A stretch of 63,668 nt of DNA, the filler included, from Globobulimina sp. (Eukaryota): NCBI GenBank assembly GCA_003354225.1. It is 54 parts of 54 records of this genome, joined end to end, with 100 filler letters (N's around TTAATTAATTAA, not from the genome) between each part and the next. Parts side by side here need not be neighbours in the genome. Positions count along the whole stretch, not along the records: positions 11,831 to 12,913 come from PIVH01024012.1; positions 13,014 to 14,096 come from PIVH01024013.1; positions 14,197 to 15,279 come from PIVH01024014.1; positions 15,380 to 16,462 come from PIVH01024015.1; positions 16,563 to 17,645 come from PIVH01024016.1; positions 17,746 to 18,828 come from PIVH01024017.1; positions 18,929 to 20,011 come from PIVH01024018.1; positions 20,112 to 21,194 come from PIVH01024019.1; 46 more parts are not named here. The stretch is one strand, 5' to 3'. Below are positions 11,831 through 23,893 of the stretch, piece after piece; position 1 is the stretch's first letter, and the number at the start of each line of letters is the position of its first letter. Both the position numbers and the translations under genes were made by a program. Below the pieces are notes generated by a model that worked only from the letters and a program-made list of their open reading frames with translations, did no database searches and had not been told where the DNA came from.

Positions 11831-12437
11831 ATACATGTACTGTTCCGTTAATTTTGCAATCTGAAAACAAATTTGTTTTGATGTAAGGTCGCAAATAGTC
11901 AATAAATGCATGCGAGCCAGTAAAGTCTACACGGAATCCACCACAACGTTTAGCAAAATGAATACAACCATCACCATCAAAATAACCTCTTACAAAATGA
12001 TGTGCGTATTCATCAGGTAAATTAGCAGGCCATTGCAAAGTCAGAGATTTCCTTGGTGTACATCCCAGATTAATCAAATCTTGCCCCAATACATAATCAC
12101 GTATATTATGTCTACATGCACAATATGTCGATCGGCTATATTTATATAATCCTAAACAATATGTCGATTGTAATACACTTTTAAATTTAGCTACATGTGA
12201 ATAATCTGTGCATTTTAAAGTCAATGAGACAACATAAGACTGTTTGTTTTTGTGAACATTACCGTCAGCAAACAACAATCCTAACCAATAAGCCATTGTT
12301 GGATTCCATGACTTGAAAAATGATGAATCGCATATACAACGTCTTTTGGCGCCGAAGTTTCTGATTGATCTTTGATGAAGGGATGCACTGACCGGAAGTT
12401 TTAGATAACGCATTAAAGTGCTTACAACAAATACCAT
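11831..12437 (-). CDS. Double-motif LAGLIDADG (DOD) homing endonuclease with N-terminal presequence-like extension (3' partial)
   Basis: AYWLGLLFADG and HFVRGYFDGDG motifs, plus DLINLG.TPRKSL.LQWP..LP typical of free-standing bacterial/phage/intein-type LAGLIDADGs. Confidence 0.9.
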
Positions 12438-12913
12438 GGCAGACAACCTGCGGTTTGGTTCTTTGCCACATAAATTTGGACATGATATTGTGAAACCTAT
12501 AAGCGAATCATTTGTGGAAGCTAATACCTGGAAATATCTATGCCCAAATAAACAAGCACGTAATCAGTTAATCAATAATATTTATAAAAGACTGATAGAA
12601 AATAATATTAATATCAAATCAAAATCAAACTTATATGTTTTATTTGACATGGAAATGTATGATGATATATCATCAATTATCGGTTTTGTTGAAATTGTAT
12701 CACCACCAAATAAGAAATTGCAAATCAAAGATTGTTTATTCTCATACATTGACAATTTAGTTTTAGCTCCGCTTCATTTAAATGATGGAATATCATTTAT
12801 TTGGCGATGCATTAAATTAACATCAATTATTAACTATTCATTGCATGATATTATCACAAAGTACATCGGAGATTATTGGTTTTTAAATCATTTATGTATT
12901 AAAAACGACAAAA
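12436..12913 (+). CDS. Hypothetical protein (3' partial)
   Basis: ~160 aa open frame from ATG 12436, divergent to the endonuclease. Confidence 0.35.
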
Positions 12914-13013
12914 NNNNNNNNNNNNNNNNNNNNNNNNNNNNNNNNNNNNNNNNNNNNTTAATTAATTAANNNNNNNNNNNNNNNNNNNNNNNNNNNNNNN
13001 NNNNNNNNNNNNN

Positions 13014-13645
13014 TATGGGAATATTGCCATATAGTTTCAGCACCAACACCAGAAATAATAATATTATTATCATCAAAATTGATAGGATATGCAAAGTCCC
13101 ATAAACCTCGACCCATATTAAATTCACCATTTCCATTATATTTATCACATTCACCTGGAGGAAAACCTGATATTTGCGCTAAAAAACATTTCCAGCCAAA
13201 ATCAATTGTTTGACAAGTTGGCTGATAACTAACTGCATTGCTCGGTGCAGTGGTTGGACTCAATGATGGTACCGGTGTTGGACTATTTGTCGTGCAGCAA
13301 TACTCGGAAGCTGCGCCGATTAGTGGTATTTGATTAACACAAGCATCGGTATAATTTGTATATGCATATCCACAATCTATATATTATGTATTTTGTGAAT
13401 ACACATTAGTATTTTTGTAATTTCCTTAAATGCATGACATGACCTGCATAATCGCAGCCAGTTTTTCTTACATATACATGTTTTAGTGTTAGTGTAGGTG
13501 CATTTGTAGGTGCACCCGGTCTATATGATGGTGCTATGGTAGGTGCAGCGGTTGGTGCATTTGATGGACTGAATGTAGGTGTGGTCGATTTGGAATAGTT
13601 TACAAAGACAATCAAGAGTAGAAACTGTGGCAGCATGCTAAGCAA
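13014..13645 (-). pseudogene. Secreted Pro/Thr-rich (PTxAP repeat) surface protein, disrupted
   Basis: Signal-like N-terminus and SPSNAPTAAPTIAPS repeats; the frame is broken into several pieces. Confidence 0.4.
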
Positions 13646-14196
13646 GACTGTTTTTACTACACTTCAATTTGAACGCACAAACTATTAAAATGCTGGCCAT
13701 GGAAACTCTCCGCAGTTTTATCGAACAAAATGCATTGTATCTATTTTTCGCGACATTCTTATGTTCAGTTCAGTCATTTATTGCGAACTTAATCTCGAAA
13801 GCAAGTAACAGCAAATGGGTGGTTGGTATAATTGTGATCATATTGGGTTCAGTGTATCCATTAATTCTAAAATATACAAAAAACGGACAATCAAAATATC
13901 CGTTTATGATCGGCGTCGCAGTTTGTGTAAAGAATATATTTATGCTAATCTATTATTTTGCGCGTTATCTAACATTTTTATATAATGAATCCCACGAAAA
14001 AGTAGTCTATAATTATCAACACATTACCAATGAGAATCTCTCATCACATTCACATGCATCACCCCCACAATCCAACCATATGCATAATAGCAATACNNNN
14101 NNNNNNNNNNNNNNNNNNNNNNNNNNNNNNNNNNNNNNNNTTAATTAATTAANNNNNNNNNNNNNNNNNNNNNNNNNNNNNNNNNNNNNNNNNNNN

Positions 14197-15157
14197 CGCC
14201 CTGCGAGGTATCAATGACAACGGCGTCCACTCCTTTCTCCACCAACGCATTCAGCCGTTTCTTGTCATAGTCGCGAGTGCCAATGGCAGCGGCACAGCGC
14301 AGTCTTTTCCCATCGTCTTTATTCGCGTTGGGATAGTTCCGATTGGTTAACAAATCAGAACGAGACATCAGACCAACTAATTGCAGCTTGGCATTCAACA
14401 CTGGCAATTTGCCCTTTTTGCTCTGTACTAAGATCTTGTTATACGATGCCAACGAGGTGGACAGCAACGTGTTGATACTATGCGGTGAACTCGCTCCTGT
14501 TTCGTTGATTTTGTTTTCCTGCGCGTATACAATCTGCGAAAAGGGAGTCATTACATTTTTGATTAATTCTGTGCGATCTTCTAAGAAATCGATATCTCGG
14601 TTGGTCACAATGCCCATCAACTTCTGCCCCATTTGGCCATGTTTTGTGATGGGAACCCCACTGAAACCGTACTTGGTTTTAATTGCATCGATCTGAGAAA
14701 CGGCGTCGTCGGGAGATAAGGTTTGCGGTTTGGTGATGAAGCCATTTTCATATAATTTTACTAATTCGACCTCGTGTGCTTGTTCTTCGATGGATAAGTT
14801 GTTATGAATAACGCCCATCGCGCCTTCCAAGGCCATGCCGATGGCCATGCTGTGCTCGGTCACGGTGTCCATTGGGGAAGAGATGAAGGGTGTTTTTAGA
14901 GGGATGTGACTGCTGAATTTGGATAAGAGACTGACATCGTGCGTGGTGAAATCAATGTGGTCGGGCAGTAGTATTAAGTCGTCGTAGGTGTAGCCGTATT
15001 TTTGTGAAAATACTTGGCTTGCGGATAACCCGCATTCGTAGGGCTCAAAGTATGAGGTGAAAATGTCTTTTGTTGGTGGTGATGTGGTGTGGTTTAATTG
15101 TGATGTGGTAGCGGTGTTTGATTTTGTGGCTTGTTTTTCTTCATCGATAGACGACAT
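14197..15157 (-). CDS. IMPDH: Inosine-5'-monophosphate dehydrogenase (3' partial)
   Basis: GYTYDDLILLP, SSPMDTVTE, CBS pair (GFSGVPIT, SKKGKLPV), AAAIGTR, VVIDTSQG; an alternative upstream ATG lies at 15190. Confidence 0.97.
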
Positions 15158-15232
15158 GGTTGTGTAGTTTGCTGACTTTTTTAAATCCATTTCTACTACG
15201 TTAATTTCAAAGGTTTTTGAGCAAGATAAAAA

Positions 15233-15279
15233 ATGGAAAAACAGAAAGGACATCTGAAGGTTGTTGTCATTGGTGACGG
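15233..15279 (+). CDS. Small GTPase N-terminus, Rho/Rac-like (3' partial)
   Basis: MEKQKGHLKVVVIGDG matches the KxVVVGDG P-loop entry; only 16 codons are visible. Confidence 0.55.
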
Positions 15280-15379
15280 NNNNNNNNNNNNNNNNNNNNN
15301 NNNNNNNNNNNNNNNNNNNNNNNTTAATTAATTAANNNNNNNNNNNNNNNNNNNNNNNNNNNNNNNNNNNNNNNNNNNN

Positions 15380-16462
15380 GAGGAAAAAAGGGGTACACAA
15401 ATTATGCAAGCAGCAACAACACAAGCTATGTGCAGAGATATAGAGGACGCCTTAAACGAGACAGGGAGAAATGATATAATACAAGGTCGTTCACAACAGG
15501 AGGTGCGAGACGCTATTTACGAGAGCGCCAGAAATGGGAAAAGTGATAATGTTAGACAATGGGCTAAAAAGTATGCGAGCGGAAATACAGGGATGTTTAC
15601 AACAGAGCAATTAGCCAGAATTAGTAGTACAGAAATATTAAGGCACGGACAACTGCAAAGACAAGCAGACGCAAGCGAAAGAATAGAGTTATATAAACAA
15701 AGAGAACGAAATATGGTACCAGAAAATAGACGTAGAGAAAGGGATGATTATTATACTAGGCCAAGACAAGATAGATACCGACAGCCACCTAGGAGAACAA
15801 ATTATGATAGGGAAACGATAGCAGAGGAAACGGAGGAGGACGTAGATAGAACAACAGAGGATAATACAGAACAAAATCGTAGTCAAGTAAATTACGGTAA
15901 TGGAGCGAGAGGTGACCCAAAGAGGACAGTAAGAGTAACATGGGACGAAACGGAAAAGAGAGAAGGTGAAAGGTCACCAAGAAAGGAGGAAAGTGGCGCA
16001 GCAAGTAGTGCAAGCGCAGGTAAAGAGAAAGAAAGGGAGGAAACAGATTCTGAGGAGGAAAAGAAAGATTACAGTAGGAAAGAAAGAGACACAGAAAGAA
16101 GAGACGGAGACTACGATAGACGAGACAACAGAGGGTACGATAGGAGAGATAGAAGGGATTATGACCGTAACAGAGACAATAACAGAGACAGAAGATACAA
16201 CAATAGAGATGATAATTACGGTAGAGGCTATCAGGATGACTATTATAACAGATCTAATAGGGGCGGCGACCGTGGAAGAGGCGGTAGAGGCGGTAACTTT
16301 AGAGGCGGCCAAGGTAGAGGTGGAGGTAGAGGTGGAAGCACACCACCGGATATGGGAAAATGTTATACTTGTGGCGAGGAAGACCATAGAGCTAGGGAAT
16401 GCCCATATCGACAAATTGCAAGGGATGCAGCCGAAGCGGCAGTAAAAGAAGCAGGGCGAAAG
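15380..16462 (+). mobile_element. Gag-like protein of an LTR/DIRS-type retroelement with RGG tract and CCHC zinc knuckle
   Basis: CYTCGEEDHRAREC (CX2CX4HX4C); strongly purine-rich intronless frame, unlike host genes. Confidence 0.65.
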
Positions 16463-17745
16463 NNNNNNNNNNNNNNNNNNNNNNNNNNNNNNNNNNNNNN
16501 NNNNNNTTAATTAATTAANNNNNNNNNNNNNNNNNNNNNNNNNNNNNNNNNNNNNNNNNNNNTTTATGTGATGGGCACGGAATATTCTGTGCAAGTTTGT
16601 GCAATTATAGCGCTGTATGGACTGCCAGTGATTGATTATTTGCTTTGGCTGCTTATCATCTGGCACGTTCCAGCGGATGTGGTACTTATTTTGCTTGATA
16701 GATTGTTGAATGGTGGCCTCACCATCAACATAACTGAAATCGTTTATAAATGTATGGATGTCATTGATCACCGCTGGATCTTTATGGTAGGCGTGCAGCT
16801 GTTGGGAGGCGATTTGCTCATCGCTGGGGTCCGAGTAAGGGATCTTTTTGAAGCGGAGAGGAATATGTTTGGGAAAGTGCTGCAGGATGTGATATTTAAC
16901 TGGATTGAAGCGGTGGACCGGCATTCGTAAAGTGATCCATCTCATTGATTTATGCATTATGATTTGGATATGTTTGAAGTAACCTCTTATGGAATGTTGG
17001 TTACGTTGTATGTACGTATATAAATGTTGTGTGTGTTTGTTGTGTACTGTGCTGAGCATATAGCCCGTGTTATATTTTTGTATACTAGTCATTGCATAGT
17101 GGTTTCTCATTATTATTTGTGTTTTTATTGCTGCAATGAGCACTGAAGAAGTTCAGAATGTTTAAATTTGCGTACATAAAATACGAGGTACGAGGATAAG
17201 TAATAATAATTAAAAAAGAAAAGACTAATAAAAATGTATGCACGCTAAATGAGGTATAATAATAGTATATATTACAAAAAATAAAAAAATAGAAAGGATA
17301 CTTTAGTTTCTTGCCCGCACCTCTAGAAATCCGCTGAGATGCGAGAAAAACCATTATGATTATTGCGCGAATTATTATTGTTTGCCATATCCGGGACTGT
17401 TGCGGTGATCGTATAACTGATCTCTTTTGTTTGTAGCGGTTTCGATCTGAACGAATACTTCAAACCTAAAAATGCTTCGACTTTATCCATGCAAACAGTC
17501 ACCGCAAATTGGTCATTTCCGTCCACTGCCTCCGATTTCTCTTCCTTTGTTTCGACCAAACCATGAAAGAATAGATCATCCAATGTGAGATTGCCAATTT
17601 TCCGTTTGGTGCTATCCTGCGATCGCCATTCCATTATATTCCGATNNNNNNNNNNNNNNNNNNNNNNNNNNNNNNNNNNNNNNNNNNNNTTAATTAATTA
17701 ANNNNNNNNNNNNNNNNNNNNNNNNNNNNNNNNNNNNNNNNNNNN

Positions 17746-18828
17746 TCTTTGTTTCAGATAGGATGTCATGCACAGTGTCGTACTGTTTATTAGGTAGAAG
17801 CATTAAATACACATCATCTCCTAACAACTTATTTGCGTCTCGAACATCTTTGTCACACAACTCAGTTTCGACCAGACCATGACCAGCATAATGACCAGTG
17901 GTCATTGCTCTTACTATAACTCTGTCATCATGGACATCTTTGAATGGGTTTGTGATCGCGACGTCACCACACAATCTATCAATAATATCATAGCAATGTC
18001 CTTCTCCCGCAATAAACAATAATCTATGCTCAGTGCATTCATTTATGGCCAAGCTCATCATATCATTTCTGTATCCGGCGACAATGTATAAATGTGGCTG
18101 CAATCGAACTGCACACATTCTAGCAAATTGCGTCGGTAAAATGCCAATCATCAATTTTTCTAACTTCTTTATCGGGAATTTCATCATTTCATAAAACGCA
18201 CTTTGATATTTATCCATTGCTTCAGCGAACGCAAGAAATGGCACAATATAACTCTCTGAATAGTCGCTGCAAACAATGGGGATTTTCTCTTTCATCGCAA
18301 TGTTAATTGCTTGTATTGATGAATATGATGGTGGCAACACACAGAATTTCCGCATAAAGCTCATCCATCGTTTACCAACACTCGATTCGTTCGATTTTCT
18401 GGTGGTTTTTTGTCGGATTTTGAGTAAAGGCATTATAAAAAAACGATATCTCAATTTCTGAAACGATTTCAAACCAATTGAGGCGCCGTCGGGAGATAAC
18501 TCTAATATTATTTTATTTGGTTCATATTTGTCTATTATTTCTTGTATTTTTTTCATATTCGATAGGTTGTGATGTAAATCTCTATAAATCAACAATGTTT
18601 GCTCTGTGTTTTTATGCAGTTTGCGGGTTAAAATTGGTACATTGCGATCTATAGAATCCTCGAAATTGTATTTCATTGCATCTTTATTGGTCATTAATTT
18701 CCAGGATTTTGATACAGATTTTTTGCTGCTTTTAATTGTTTGTTTTTGCTGCGTTGGATATGTTTGCGGAAAGGGATAATAATCAATTGTGGAAGTTACA
18801 GGAACACCGATTTCTTGTTGTGTTTTGT
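17746..18828 (-). CDS. TraB-domain (TRABD-like) protein, internal fragment
   Basis: IIDKYEPNKIILEL, AINIA..KIPIVCSD, RNDMM..AI, LFIAGEGH; frame open across the whole contig. Confidence 0.65.
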
Positions 18829-19169
18829 NNNNNNNNNNNNNNNNNNNNNNNNNNNNNNNNNNNNNNNNNNNNTTAATTAATTAANNNNNNNNNNNNNNNN
18901 NNNNNNNNNNNNNNNNNNNNNNNNNNNNATGATGTTGATAAAAGTAAAACAAAAAAAAAAAACCAAAACTGAAAAAGTACCAAAATACGAGCAACAATCA
19001 AACAATCCGCCAAGAAAAAAACGGAAAATTTCCAAGAAATGTGATGATTACGACAGAAAAACACATATTTTAAGCTCAAATAATGTGTTAATACCTATTG
19101 GCTTAGTGCGTAGATCTTCTCGTTTGGCCTCAAAAAAGCAATAATAAATAATTAAATAATGTTGGTTGT

Positions 19170-20011
19170 ATGACAAACAAAAACTTTTCATTGGAGTTTT
19201 GGCGGAGTACCTTTACTAATCCGATGTCGTTAAGTGGCAAACATTTAGGGGCGCCACAAGAATATATGATCGCTGCATCACATGAAGCGGATAGTGATTA
19301 TGATGCTTCTTCATCAGACATAGAATATGGTACACCATCGGTTGGTAATGTAACACATTTACGTGGCAAAACATCACTCAATACAAAAATAAGGAGAATA
19401 AAGGAACAAAAAACTGTTCAAGCATTATCAAAAAAGAAACGAGTAAAAGATATTAAATCTGTTAAAGATTTGTGGTTTTGGTATTGGCAACATCCAATTG
19501 CTCATTTTCCATTTATATATTTTTTCATAACATTATTATCAACAATGGCATGTACAATATATTGGTTTATCGACAATGATTCATCGTTCATATTATGCGG
19601 AATTATTGGTCTATCAATGTGTGGCTATGCATCATATAAATTTAAAATATCGATTCAATTAAAAAGAGAGATTGATAAATATAAGCGTTTGAATTTGCAA
19701 TTTAAACATGAAAATCGCAAAATTGAGGATGCTGTAAATCGTGCAATCAAAGCCAGCCAATTATTAAAAAAAACAAAAAAACGGTTAGCTACTGCAAACT
19801 TGAAAAATCGTCGAAATCTGATAAAATTTGAAAAGGTGGAAGAAAATATGAAAGTTGTTGGTGAAAAAACAAACTTGAAAATATCACAAATGCATGGAAT
19901 GGCAAGACAAATGAGAGAGAAATGGAGAGACGAATACTTAAAACATGAGCGGAATCTGTTACATGCCGTATTCAATCGATATGAAAGAAAACATACAGAA
20001 ATAGCTAATTT
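19170..20011 (+). CDS. Hypothetical 2-TM plus coiled-coil protein (3' partial)
   Basis: ~280 aa ORF, two hydrophobic helices then a basic coiled coil. Confidence 0.55.
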
Positions 20012-20111
20012 NNNNNNNNNNNNNNNNNNNNNNNNNNNNNNNNNNNNNNNNNNNNTTAATTAATTAANNNNNNNNNNNNNNNNNNNNNNNNNNNNNNNNN
20101 NNNNNNNNNNN

Positions 20112-21023
20112 ATATTTTGCATAATCATGGTCTGATTTGCTATATATTGCATAATTTTGACTTGTATTCGTATTGTATACAAATGAATGTATATTGCTTT
20201 CTAATTTTATTTGTCGATCATTGCGTGGTGGATGATTATATAATTTTATATGACATTCATCGGACAACAAATTTTGCCCTTTTTTTAAGCGAACAAATGC
20301 TGCACATTCCAGTCCATGTTTACATTTTGCTTTCTGTTTAAATTCATCCTTAAATCAAAACAACATTATAACATTAAAAAAATCGTTTTTGCGAAACAAC
20401 CTCATGTTGTTTGTCGTTTATTAAATGCGAAAAACACATACTTTAAAATGGCTGTCTTCAAATAAATGATTCAAATTTTCTTTGCTATACTGGCCATCGA
20501 CAAACATTGCTTTGTAAACAGGACACTGCAATGGATCAGATTTTTCATCATTACCTTGCATATATTTGCATGATATATCTTCTTTATCGACGTTATGTGT
20601 ATATTTGTTTAATATATTAATACTTAATCCCGTTCGCATGATAGTCATTTTAGCGTATTGTGTCAATGGCGTTGCACATAAATTATCCCATTCTTTCTTG
20701 TTTTTGTGGAACCCCATCACATATTTACCAATGAATGAATTATCATTAATTACACTGGTATAGAATTTTTTTGGATGACATTCAATATGGATTTGTTTCA
20801 TTGCTTTCTTTATAACATCACCAATTGTTGTTGATGAAGAATACGAAATTTGAATCTGTTTCCTTACAAAGGATGAAACATCGCCACCTGCTGATACGCG
20901 GATTCTTATCACGTTTGTTTCTGCGTTACATGTGTCACAATGATAAGCAGTTAATTTGTTTTGTGTCAAACACGAATCACATTGCCATTTTTCTGTATGG
21001 TCAATTTCGAGTTCTGATGCCAT
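20112..21023 (-). CDS. RanBP2-type zinc finger protein with Cys/His-rich domain, intron 20349-20441 (3' partial)
   Basis: WQCDSCLTQN..CDTC; a GTATGT..TAAG intron restores FK|DEFKQKAKCKHGLECAAFVR..DECHIKLYNHPPR. Confidence 0.6.
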
Positions 21024-21747
21024 CTTCAACGAAGAGACATGAAATGTTAAAAAAAATGAGCTAGTACTTCTAGCGCGTCTTGAAAGTAACAACAAGAAAA
21101 AACATTATTCGATCAGAACAATATATCCATGCACTAATCATTAATTAAGTAATACACTTTTAAATTAAACAATATATAATCAATTGAATTGCTANNNNNN
21201 NNNNNNNNNNNNNNNNNNNNNNNNNNNNNNNNNNNNNNTTAATTAATTAANNNNNNNNNNNNNNNNNNNNNNNNNNNNNNNNNNNNNNNNNNNNTTACTC
21301 TTTCCTATACTTTTTTTTTTTTGTTTCAGATTCTATTTTTTAAAATAAATGGCAAGATCAGATTATTATTGTTTCTGGTGTTGATGCCGTGCCTTAACTT
21401 AACGACTTGTTTGTGATGGTTTTGTGGTTGTTACTTGAGACTTAGTGAAAACCTAGAAACGTTATCTAAATCAAGTCATTCCTCCAACAAGTAGTCGACA
21501 CCACCAGAGGAGTCTCCACATAGTAGTTGGCCCTGCGTTCATTGCAACAACATACGTGTTGTCCTGAAGACAGAGTCAATCTCAGGTTTCTGAGTGTAAT
21601 TATTTAAATTATACTTTACTTGAAAGGTTTTCACAGAAAAGAAAAAAAAAGTTTATTGTTCAGTTGTTGACAGATTGATGATTATTTTGTATATTACGTA
21701 TACTGCACATACTAAATACACTGAAAAACACAAATAGTACAAAATTA

Positions 21748-22376
21748 TTACATATTATATATGTCATTAAAATCATTTAAAAAAATGGTCTCTCCTTTAG
21801 AACGTGTATCCAATGCAACAACCAAATAATATGTTTTTTCCAACTGAATATTCCTAAAAGCAATTCCTTGATCACTCCCATTTACTGAATATCCCATTTC
21901 TTGTTTTTCAAAATCAACTCTCATTTCAATTACATCACCGGCACCCCATTCAATTCCATATTCTTCCTCTTTTCCTAAATCCCATTTACTACCATCATAT
22001 CCATCATATCCATAATCTATCTCATCCCACTCAGCATCAACATTCCTGTTTGATTGAATACCAATGAACATTGAACCACTCCTTTGCTTGCATGTCAACT
22101 TCCATTTATATTTATTTTTATATTTGCTGCCTGCCTCAATTGCTATACTTCCAAATGCATTGCCATAATCACCATAATAACCACCACCTCCTTTGCTTGT
22201 GACAGTTTTCCCATTGTTTGAGATTGTAATCAATTTATGAGCAATTTTGAATGTGTCTACAATATTTTTATAATAATCGCCATAATAATTATGACAAATT
22301 TGATTAATGGATATTGGAATGATTTTCTGTTTAATTGTTTTTTGAACTTTTCGTATGTAGCCAGAAACAATTAAAA
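21748..22376 (-). CDS. SPRY/B30.2-domain protein (5' partial)
   Basis: AFGSIAI..KYKWKL..MFIGI..YGYDG.DG..YG.EW.AGDVIEMRVDF..MGYSVNG.DQGIAF..YYLVVAL. Confidence 0.8.
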
Positions 22377-23175
22377 NNNNNNNNNNNNNNNNNNNNNNNN
22401 NNNNNNNNNNNNNNNNNNNNTTAATTAATTAANNNNNNNNNNNNNNNNNNNNNNNNNNNNNNNNNNNNNNNNNNNNCGCATTTTCCGCAGATTTATCAAT
22501 TTCTTTTTAATTTTTTTCCGAAAGAGAGAGTGTATTATTCCGTATTTATTATTGAATATTATTGAATTTAATTGTATTGAATTTTATGGATTGTATCAGT
22601 TTGCCAGGTCGTGGTATTCCAGGAGGCTAATCTTAGTATGTGGCGTAGGTTGTATTTATTGGTGATGCATTTAAGTATGATATCAATAAAATGGTCCAAG
22701 CGTTGTAGAAACTAACCCTATTTATTGTGCAATGGATCTATGTATAATTTATTATTGGAATTAGTATGCCGACTAAAGATGCCTCTCTGCTGGTAGCAAA
22801 TGACCGGATCCACTACTGATTTATCCTTTATTTTTCATTTTATTTTATTCCGTGATTTATATATATTTTTTCTTTTTGTATATATGATTTGGTTTCTTCT
22901 GTTCCGGGGTAACACTTTGTTTTATTTTATTATTTCTGACTTTTTTATTTTTGAGTGAATTCTATTTCTTAGTGTGAACTTGTGTTTTTTTCTAATTAAT
23001 TTACAAAACTCAAACAACTTACGTGTTCTCAAAGGTCATTGTTTAGACCGAGACGTTAACAGCAAATTTTATACCGACCTCAATGGTTCCTATCTCAATA
23101 TTAGTCACAAAATCCTATCGATTGTCCGATGTGACATTGTTAGTGTTTTAAAAATCACGACCTTTAATAAATAAA

Positions 23176-23322
23176 ATGCATCGAAAGAAAGCACCAACAA
23201 CAGCTCGTAAAACTCAACGGTCACGAAAGACAGTCCAATCAGCTAGAAAAGCACCAACAACAGCTCGCAAAACTAAACGATCACGGAAGGCAACAAAATC
23301 AGCGAAAAAAGCAAGCAAATAA
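23176..23322 (+). CDS. 48-aa highly basic peptide made of a 20-aa tandem duplication (histone-tail/H1-like)
   Basis: MHRKKAPTTARKTQRSRKTVQSARKAPTTARKTKRSRKATKSAKKASK*; 60-bp in-frame duplication. Confidence 0.35.
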   Translation: MHRKKAPTTARKTQRSRKTVQSARKAPTTARKTKRSRKATKSAKKASK

Positions 23323-23893
23323 TAATTGGAATAAATTAAGATGGATTTCTGTAGGAATCCTCATTTTGGTGCAACTTTAACATATGGTCGTCTGGCTGGT
23401 GTTATCTCAGATTTCATTCATTAAAAAAAAAACAAGACAAATGTATCTGTTTGTAAATACCACGGGCGAGATTCCCCAGAACAACAGCCTGCGACAAAAA
23501 AGAGAAAGTATTAATGTAAACTTTGTTAAAATCATAATTTAATCTTTTTTTTATGAAANNNNNNNNNNNNNNNNNNNNNNNNNNNNNNNNNNNNNNNNNN
23601 NNTTAATTAATTAANNNNNNNNNNNNNNNNNNNNNNNNNNNNNNNNNNNNNNNNNNNNCCGTAATTATTTTTGTAGGCCGTGAAAATTACCCCGTTTACT
23701 ATGAAAAAGAAGCTAACTTGAATATCTTCAGCAAGGTTAATAAACTAAATAACATCAAAAAAGGTTTATTATATTTTGTAATCACATTGTTATTTGGACA
23801 ATTATTGTCATCAATACCAAATGCAATTTATCAATTTGGGTAAACTTAAATCATTACAATGCAAAGTTTTTTTTTACACACTCGAAAGTCACC

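Noticed and set aside
15966-16445. Overlapping alternative-frame and antisense ORFs within the Gag region
   Set aside because: By-products of low-complexity purine-rich sequence; no motifs
21420-21600. Hammerhead ribozyme / Penelope-like LTR suggested by CTGAAGA and GAAAC words
   Set aside because: The motifs are in the wrong order and stems I-III cannot be formed convincingly
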